This document shows positions 16,973 to 22,489 of a DNA stretch of 22,489 nucleotides, piece after piece. Origin of the DNA: Candidatus Bathyarchaeia archaeon. GTDB taxonomy: Archaea > Thermoproteota > Bathyarchaeia > Bathyarchaeales > Bathycorpusculaceae. Both the position numbers and the translations under genes were made by a program. Below the pieces are notes generated by a model, which saw only the letters and a list, made by a program, of their open reading frames with translations, searched no databases and was not told the DNA's origin. Position 1 is the first letter of the stretch. Each line of letters starts with the position of its first letter. Where the stretch lies: NCBI GenBank assembly GCA_038882655.1, contig JAVZNT010000015.1:1-22489 (forward strand), read 5' to 3'.

Positions 16973-17734
16973 ATGGAAACCGAAAGCCTAAAGGTCTTTC
17001 TCACACGTCTCCATGAGGAACCATTCGCCTCAGTGCTATGCTATCCAAAACCAGCCAAAGCTGAGCTTGGAAAACGCATAAAAGAGCTAGAAAAATTAGG
17101 AGTAACAGCACTGGAATTCTGCGGAGAAAAACAAGTTTCAAACTTGAAAGTCTTAGGCAAGGGATGCGTCGGCATAGTTGTAAAAGCTTATAGAGGCGGC
17201 GAGGCAATAGCCCTAAAAATCCGAAGGGTGGATGCAGATCGTGTCACAATGTTGCATGAGGCTGAAATGATTAAGATAGCCAACTCCGTTAATGTTGGAC
17301 CAAGGCTTTTAGACGTGAGCAAAAACTTTTTGCTGATGCAGTTTGTAAAAGGCGATTTACTTCCAGAATGGCTAGAAAAACGCCCTAGCAAAACACGCCT
17401 AAAAAATGTTTTGAGAGATGTTCTAGAGCAGTGTTGGCGTCTTGACAAGATCGGATTGGACCATGGCGAGTTGAGCCACGCTCCAAAGCACATAATTGTA
17501 GATAGCCAAGACAAGCCCTTCATATTGGACTTTGAAACCGCCAGCACAAATCGTAAACCATCAAATGTTACTTCGATTACGCAGTTCCTCTTCATAAGCG
17601 GCAAAGTAGCCGAAAAAATAGCCAAAAAACTTGGTGAAAGAGATAAAAAAACCATTATTGAGGCTTTAAGGCGGTATAAGGCTGATGGAAGCCGCCAAAA
17701 CTTTGAGGCACTATTGTCGGTTTGCGTTCTCTAG
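16973..17734 (+). CDS. Atypical archaeal Ser/Thr protein kinase (RIO/Bud32-like fold)
   Basis: LGKGCVGIV glycine loop, ALKIRR, HEAE, catalytic loop DHGELS and ILDFE. ATG at 16973 follows GGTGA; the ORF-track start at 16784 overlaps EF-2. Confidence 0.8.
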   Translation: METESLKVFLTRLHEEPFASVLCYPKPAKAELGKRIKELEKLGVTALEFCGEKQVSNLKVLGKGCVGIVVKAYRGGEAIALKIRRVDADRVTMLHEAEMIKIANSVNVGPRLLDVSKNFLLMQFVKGDLLPEWLEKRPSKTRLKNVLRDVLEQCWRLDKIGLDHGELSHAPKHIIVDSQDKPFILDFETASTNRKPSNVTSITQFLFISGKVAEKIAKKLGERDKKTIIEALRRYKADGSRQNFEALLSVCVL

Positions 17735-17928
17735 GCAACATAGTCAATTTTAGCTTTTACGTTAGCATTTTGCCCGATGTTTCTGTTGTCAACTAATTCA
17801 AGTTTTAACTCGTTTAAAAGTTGGGTTAAATCCAACCAAGTCTCCACTTGAAGTTGTCTAGCAACCCGCCTCTTCTCATAAAGAAGCGGAACAAAGTCAA
17901 CAAAAAGCCAGCCATATGCCTCAGCCAA
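17731..17928 (-). CDS. Small hypothetical protein (65 aa)
   Basis: TTG start follows a purine-rich leader (GAGAAAGGGGAGAAGGGAGAGAAAGCC) with TATA-like TATTAAAT at about 17979-17986. It fills the intergenic gap and its stop overlaps the kinase stop. Confidence 0.55.
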   Translation of the reverse strand: MAEAYGWLFVDFVPLLYEKRRVARQLQVETWLDLTQLLNELKLELVDNRNIGQNANVKAKIDYVA

Positions 17929-18092
17929 AGGCTTTCTCTCCCTTCTCCCCTTTCTCAATTGAGAAGAGAAGGCTAACCATTTAATAACCATGTATGGAAG
18001 AATCTTCTAGAAGAAAAGGTGCATGAACAGTTTTAACGGTCTTGTTGAAAAGGTTTAAAACCGGCTTTCTGGAATTTAGCCACGGTGTTCAG

Positions 18093-19526
18093 ATGGTTAT
18101 AAGCAGAGAGGAAATGCAGGAAATAGCCAAAAAATACAAAGAACCCATGGGACTGAATTTGGGCTCCCACTCGGCTTTAGACGCATGGCAGGGACAACGC
18201 AACTACGGTTTAAGAAGCATAATATATACAACGCCTGGAAGGGCGCGTATATATCTCCAAAATCCAATGGTTGGGAAACCCGACGAGCTTATTGAGGACT
18301 TGCCAAGTCTTGTGAGGCGGGACGTCCGCGTGGTAAACGATCCGAAGGACATTAAGAAGGACGGTGATTGGAAGAGTGTAATCTTAATTCTTGACCGCTA
18401 CTCTGACATTGTTAAGTATGTTGATGAGCTTGTTGATTTGGAGTGTTTGCAAATTCCGAATCGGGCTTTCTCGGTTTATGTTGGTGGCGACGAATACTGC
18501 AGCGTGATTGAAAACCAGTTCGCCGTCCCAATTGTTGGCTCAAGAACCCTTCTAAAAATTGAGAACCGTGGTGAGATTAAGAAGGACTATTACTGGTTTG
18601 CGGAGCAGGCTGGCATTCCCTATCCAAAATCCTATAATTTTGAGATTCGAAAGGGCGGAATACGGTTTAAAGAGTTTATTGACGAGCCAATGCTTTTGAA
18701 GGCTGAACACGCCCACAGAAAATTCGAAAGAGAATTCATATTCGCGGCGGACTCAAAGGATTTGGAGGAAAAAATCGAAAAAGAGGTTAAAGCTGGAAAC
18801 CTAGATGAGGAGTCTTTACGCAATGCACGCGTAGAGCAAATAGTCCTCGGACCTCACGCCAACTTTAACTTCTATTTCTCGCCGCTGGACGCGAAAAGCG
18901 ATTGGGGCGACGTGGAAGACTGGTTCTCCAAACTTTACAACGTAACCATCGAAGAGGCTAGAATATGCCTAGCCAACCAATTCTTATCCATAGACGAGCG
19001 GAGAGAAACAATCCTAGACGGTTTAAAGAGACTTCCATTGGAAGTTCAGCAGAAGCTTAAGCGTGTTCCATCCTTCGAGGTTACAGCCCACGCCATGCTA
19101 AGCCTAAGAGAATCACTGCTGAAGGATGTGCAACGCTACGCAGACCGCTTTTTGTTGGCGTGCAGAGAACACGAACCACCAGGCATAATTGGCGCATGGT
19201 GCTTGCAGACGCTAATCACTTGGGACCGCGTGTCAAAATACGAGCTGAAACCAATGGTTAAGCTGGACTACACAAGCGGCATAGAAGCCAAAACAGCCGC
19301 AGACTATGGCTTATACGATGCACCAGAAGCCCGAGACCCATACATGCACATACCAGTGACGCAGGATGTGGCGCTACGCCATGGAGGAGGAACAAATGTC
19401 CACATGGGCTTAGGCTCCCAATACGCCAACGCCAAGTACAAGAAGCCCATGAGCACAGGAGACCGCATAGCCCTAGAAATTAGGCGTGCATTGAAAACAA
19501 AACAACTTCACGAAATAGTAACATAA
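18093..19526 (+). CDS. purP: PurP-family ATP-grasp protein (FAICAR synthetase-like, DUF1246/DUF1297), long variant
   Basis: LGSHSALD, IPNRAFSVYVG, PPGIIGAWCLQ, ALRHGGGTN and MSTGDRIALEIRRA...EIVT; ATG at 18093 follows GGTG; purC and purE lie nearby. The family also contains PurT-like members, so the exact step is uncertain. Confidence 0.8.
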   Translation: MVISREEMQEIAKKYKEPMGLNLGSHSALDAWQGQRNYGLRSIIYTTPGRARIYLQNPMVGKPDELIEDLPSLVRRDVRVVNDPKDIKKDGDWKSVILILDRYSDIVKYVDELVDLECLQIPNRAFSVYVGGDEYCSVIENQFAVPIVGSRTLLKIENRGEIKKDYYWFAEQAGIPYPKSYNFEIRKGGIRFKEFIDEPMLLKAEHAHRKFEREFIFAADSKDLEEKIEKEVKAGNLDEESLRNARVEQIVLGPHANFNFYFSPLDAKSDWGDVEDWFSKLYNVTIEEARICLANQFLSIDERRETILDGLKRLPLEVQQKLKRVPSFEVTAHAMLSLRESLLKDVQRYADRFLLACREHEPPGIIGAWCLQTLITWDRVSKYELKPMVKLDYTSGIEAKTAADYGLYDAPEARDPYMHIPVTQDVALRHGGGTNVHMGLGSQYANAKYKKPMSTGDRIALEIRRALKTKQLHEIVT

Positions 19527-19596
19527 ACAACTGTGATACATCCCATTTTTTACAACGGTTTTAAGCGTTTTAACAACTCGAAATTATTTTGACATT

Positions 19597-20064
19597 TTAC
19601 GCAGTTTCTAGTTGCTGTTGCCTTTTCTTTATTTCGTTATAGAGATATTCAAACCACTCTGCATATTGTGGATAATTAAGCTGTTTTCTAGCATCTTCAA
19701 TAAAAGGTTTGCAAGCTTCCCAATATCTTATTATCATGCCGCTGAAGAGGTCGTCCACCAAACCTATGTCAATAAGTTTTCTGTGCAAAAGGACTCCAAG
19801 TCCTTCAAAGAATAAGCCTGACTCTGGCGCTATTGCGCCATATTTTTTGGCTAATTCAGCGAATGTGCTTCCTATTTGGCAGTCGTTCATGATTTGCTGC
19901 ATCTCTTGCTGAAACTTCTTTTTTGAGAATGTGGAGTACAACCTCATAACAAGGTCTATGTCTCTACTTCTTCTTTGATGCCTAACCTGGAAAACATAGT
20001 AGATGGCGGCAATCATGACACTCGTGGAAGCAACAACCACAGAAACCGTCTGTACATCAACCAC
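19597..20064 (-). CDS. Hypothetical protein with an N-terminal TM anchor (DUF4760-like)
   Basis: Hydrophobic aa 5-25; FFEGLGVLLHRKLIDI.LVDDLF and EWFEYLYNE patterns, recalled from memory as a family common in Bathyarchaeia. Confidence 0.65.
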   Translation of the reverse strand: MVDVQTVSVVVASTSVMIAAIYYVFQVRHQRRSRDIDLVMRLYSTFSKKKFQQEMQQIMNDCQIGSTFAELAKKYGAIAPESGLFFEGLGVLLHRKLIDIGLVDDLFSGMIIRYWEACKPFIEDARKQLNYPQYAEWFEYLYNEIKKRQQQLETA

Positions 20065-20142
20065 TATTTAAACACCAACATAGAATTAGCAAAGACCATT
20101 TTAAAGTTAACCATGCTTACTGGTTGCTTGGGCTCCCACTCT

Positions 20143-21192
20143 CTACAAGTTGACGCTTTCAAATTCCTTAACTATATATGCTAGTTTTGGGACGTCAAAC
20201 ATTTTTTTCCCAGTCATCTCGTTTGCCGCCGCCATGTACATTTGGCTTATTAACAATTTCAGTTTTGGTTCCAGGTTTGGGGGTTTCGCTTTAACAATTG
20301 TTCGCCAGTTCTTTATGCCCTGTTCTTTTGCTTTTTGCTTTACTTGTTCCACTTCCTTTGCCCATTCCGTCTGCCTATAGTATATGCGGGCTACTTCCTT
20401 GCTTACATGTAAGCCTTGGTAGGTGAATCTGCACTCGTCCAACGTGCCAACCACGTCTGCCACCATAAGCCTCCTTTTATCGTCGAAGGCTAACTCTATT
20501 TTTCCATCTTCGTTTACCAAGTTGGCTTTGGCAGCCATCTCCGTAATTGTCTCGTCAGCTTTTAAGAGTGTAGCTTTAACCTCTTCCAGTTCACTGTCTG
20601 TTAAGCCTGTCAGTTGCTGGGCTTCCCGCCATGTTATGTAGCGGTCACTCTCCTCAAACTTTGTGCTAACATCAAAGATTGGTTTGGCTAGCCTCTCACC
20701 GGGCTTTGGATAATGGTCTAAGCCTAAATCTTCAAGCGTCACTAAGCCTTGCTCAAGCCTTTTAAAAACTGATGAGCCTTCTGGCAAGCCATTGCGGTAT
20801 ATAATTTCCAATGGGATTAGGAAGTTCCGGAGCTTGGGCGTGTAAAAGCTATAATCGTATTTTAGTTTTCCCCCTTCCACGTAGGCTTTCGGCTTGTAAA
20901 CGTTCACTAGATGAAACTCCATGATATTTGTTGGCTTTTTCAACTCGTTGAAACGCACAACTTTGCCCTTCTCGTCTACTACTCCGCAGTAGTGGGTTCT
21001 GATGCCTTTATCTTCAAGCCTTTCGAAGCAGTAAGCCCCCATTAGGCATAGGGCTGCGCCCTTTCCTTCAATGTGATCTGGCATTTCACCCCAATCAAAA
21101 ACTGAGTAACGGTCTGAAAAGTGGAATCTGCCAACGCCCATCCGCGTTTTCGTCGGCTTTTTCACCACCTCAAGGTCTTTAACGCTGCCCAT
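20143..21192 (-). CDS. purC: Phosphoribosylaminoimidazole-succinocarboxamide (SAICAR) synthase
   Basis: GSVKDL, FSDRYSVFD, IPLEIIYRN, STK, DGKIELA, DVVGTLDECRF and SKE; directly downstream of purE. Confidence 0.9.
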   Translation of the reverse strand: MGSVKDLEVVKKPTKTRMGVGRFHFSDRYSVFDWGEMPDHIEGKGAALCLMGAYCFERLEDKGIRTHYCGVVDEKGKVVRFNELKKPTNIMEFHLVNVYKPKAYVEGGKLKYDYSFYTPKLRNFLIPLEIIYRNGLPEGSSVFKRLEQGLVTLEDLGLDHYPKPGERLAKPIFDVSTKFEESDRYITWREAQQLTGLTDSELEEVKATLLKADETITEMAAKANLVNEDGKIELAFDDKRRLMVADVVGTLDECRFTYQGLHVSKEVARIYYRQTEWAKEVEQVKQKAKEQGIKNWRTIVKAKPPNLEPKLKLLISQMYMAAANEMTGKKMFDVPKLAYIVKEFESVNL

Positions 21193-21204
21193 AAAGGCAC
21201 ACGC

Positions 21205-21687
21205 CTATACCTTCAATTTTTTAACAGACTCGTCCGCCTTTTCAACTTCTCCCCTTTTTTCTTTTTGATAAGCTCTTATACGCTCTTCAAGCCTCTTATC
21301 CTCTAAGGCTAAGATTTTTGCTGCGGCTATGGCAGCACCTTCAGGCTCGATTGTCACAACGGAACCTATGCCACTTGGAACCCTAAGCGAAGAGAAAATA
21401 TCTACGCCGGCAAACTTTTCCGAGTAGGGTGGACAGGCAATAACGGGTTTTATGGTGTTGGCGTCCACAAAGGCGCTTAGAGCGTTTGACCTTCCAGCCA
21501 CAGTTATGTAAACAACATTTTCATTTTCATACTCCCTTAGAATTTCAAGGACTTTTTTAGGAGTTTTGTGGGCTGAAGCCGCTCGAAGCTTAAACTCCAA
21601 ACCGAAAGCCTTCAAATGTTTGGCTGTTTCCTTAGCGAATTCCAAGTCCCGTTCAGAACCCATAATTATGACGACTTTCCCCGCCAT
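21205..21687 (-). CDS. purE: AIR carboxylase PurE, class II-like
   Basis: IIMGSERD, SAHKTP, VAGRSNAL, PVIACPP and SSLRVPSG. Confidence 0.9.
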   Translation of the reverse strand: MAGKVVIIMGSERDLEFAKETAKHLKAFGLEFKLRAASAHKTPKKVLEILREYENENVVYITVAGRSNALSAFVDANTIKPVIACPPYSEKFAGVDIFSSLRVPSGIGSVVTIEPEGAAIAAAKILALEDKRLEERIRAYQKEKRGEVEKADESVKKLKV

Positions 21688-21784
21688 CTTCCTCTTCCGC
21701 CTTACAAGCCCCTAAATGGCCAAAGTGGCTAATTAAATTTTTAAGCCACTGCCATCATGTTTTCATTTTGAAGGTGAAGCCCTT

Positions 21785-22105
21785 ATGGCGTCTGAGAAAA
21801 GGCGTAGGGAAAGCATAATAGACGAGTTATTCGGATGCTCCCTATTCGACAAAATAGATGAGCTTTTCAAAGAGTTTCCAGAAGGCGAAACCGCCAGCGG
21901 CTACTCGATAAGTGTAACTCAAACACCAGAAGGCACAAAGGTTAAGGCGAAAGTAGGAAAAGACGTGGATGTAAACACGCTTAGAAAAAGACTTCAACAG
22001 CAGTATCCGGGAGCACAGATAGAAATAGAAGGTGGCAAGCAAAAACCATTGATAAGAGAAATTTCCACAAAACCAGTTGACGAAGAAAAGGAAAAAGGCG
22101 ATTAA
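21785..22105 (+). CDS. Hypothetical protein resembling the N-terminal region of archaeal small heat-shock proteins
   Basis: GGTGA SD followed by ATG; IIDELFG..LFDKIDELF and GYSISVTQTPEG segments; no alpha-crystallin domain recognised. Confidence 0.65.
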   Translation: MASEKRRRESIIDELFGCSLFDKIDELFKEFPEGETASGYSISVTQTPEGTKVKAKVGKDVDVNTLRKRLQQQYPGAQIEIEGGKQKPLIREISTKPVDEEKEKGD

Positions 22106-22147
22106 GATTAAGTTAAGTCTTCATAGACGCGCTTAACCTCGTAAAAG

Positions 22148-22255
22148 TGGTGCCGGGGGCGGGATTCGAGCCCGCGACTTCTGGCGTTGGGCGCTTAGCC
22201 CCATTCGACTCCAGATTATGAGTCTGGCGCCCATTCCAGGCTAGGCTACCCCGGC
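22148..22255 (-). tRNA. Elongator tRNA-Met(CAU) with a 30-nt intron at 45/46 (22179-22208); CCA encoded
   Basis: GCCGGGG/CCCCGGC acceptor, GCCU/GGGC D stem, CCAGA-CUCAUAA-UCUGG anticodon arm, GCGGG-CUCGAAU-CCCGC T arm and ACCA end. Removing the intron restores the standard AGGUC variable loop. Confidence 0.88.
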
Positions 22256-22489
22256 TACTTTTTGGATTACCCAGATACATTTCTGTATTTTATTTTCGCT
22301 TCCTAAAAAACATTAAGTCGTTCTTATTAACAAACATGTTTAAATCTGTACGGTATATGAAATACTTGCACGCCTAATAAAAGTCTGCTTTTTCCTCATG
22401 TAAACAAAAGTTTACCTATCACCTCTTAAGAAAACACTCTAGCTTAGAGTGTGCTGGAATGGGCAAAAACGCCAAGCCTAACAAAAACA

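Noticed and set aside
702-22042. Other short ORFs nested in or antisense to long genes (e.g. 1123-1614, 1656-2027, 4026-4349, 12535-12942, 16109-16468, 17188-17655)
   Set aside because: They fully overlap well-supported genes and show no motifs or initiation signals.
22148-22255. Initiator tRNA, or Sec/Pyl-type tRNA with a long variable arm
   Set aside because: It has G1-C72 rather than A1-U72 and no triple G-C anticodon stem; the anticodon is CAU and the insert fits a BHB intron.
22450-22489. Possible gene start at the right edge
   Set aside because: Too short, and the frame is ambiguous (GTG versus ATG).
1-22489. CRISPR array, transposase/integrase, att sites at the tRNAs, recoded stop codons or frameshifts
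   Set aside because: No spaced repeats, mobile-element genes, duplicated tRNA 3' ends or broken reading frames were seen by eye.

Overview
Archaeal chromosomal segment, most consistent with Bathyarchaeia. This is inferred from paired EF-2 genes, intron-containing tRNAs, GGTG(A)-type ribosome-binding sites, many TTG starts and BRE/TATA promoters. In order it holds: a minus-strand fluoride (crcB-type) riboswitch at the left edge; a three-gene biotin-dependent carboxyl-transfer operon (acyl-CoA carboxyltransferase, keto-acid carboxyltransferase, biotin carrier) with no biotin carboxylase or Na+-pump subunit, converging on a methylmalonyl-CoA mutase large subunit, which suggests a transcarboxylase module; ubiquitin-like MoaD/SAMP, Xaa-Pro peptidase, cysteine hydrolase, YoaP-like GNAT, flavodoxin/WrbA, tRNA-Ile2(CAU) with a 37/38 intron, thioredoxin-fold proteins and an OGG1-type glycosylase; two divergently transcribed EF-2 paralogs; an atypical kinase; purine genes (long PurP-family protein, purC, class II purE); and elongator tRNA-Met(CAU) with a non-canonical 45/46 intron. 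The strongest unexplained signal is a promoter-preceded intergenic hairpin (9724-9801) whose CU-rich loop can pair over 23 nt with the purine-rich leader of a small orphan gene 8 kb away. All product calls rest on motifs recognised by eye; no database searches were run.
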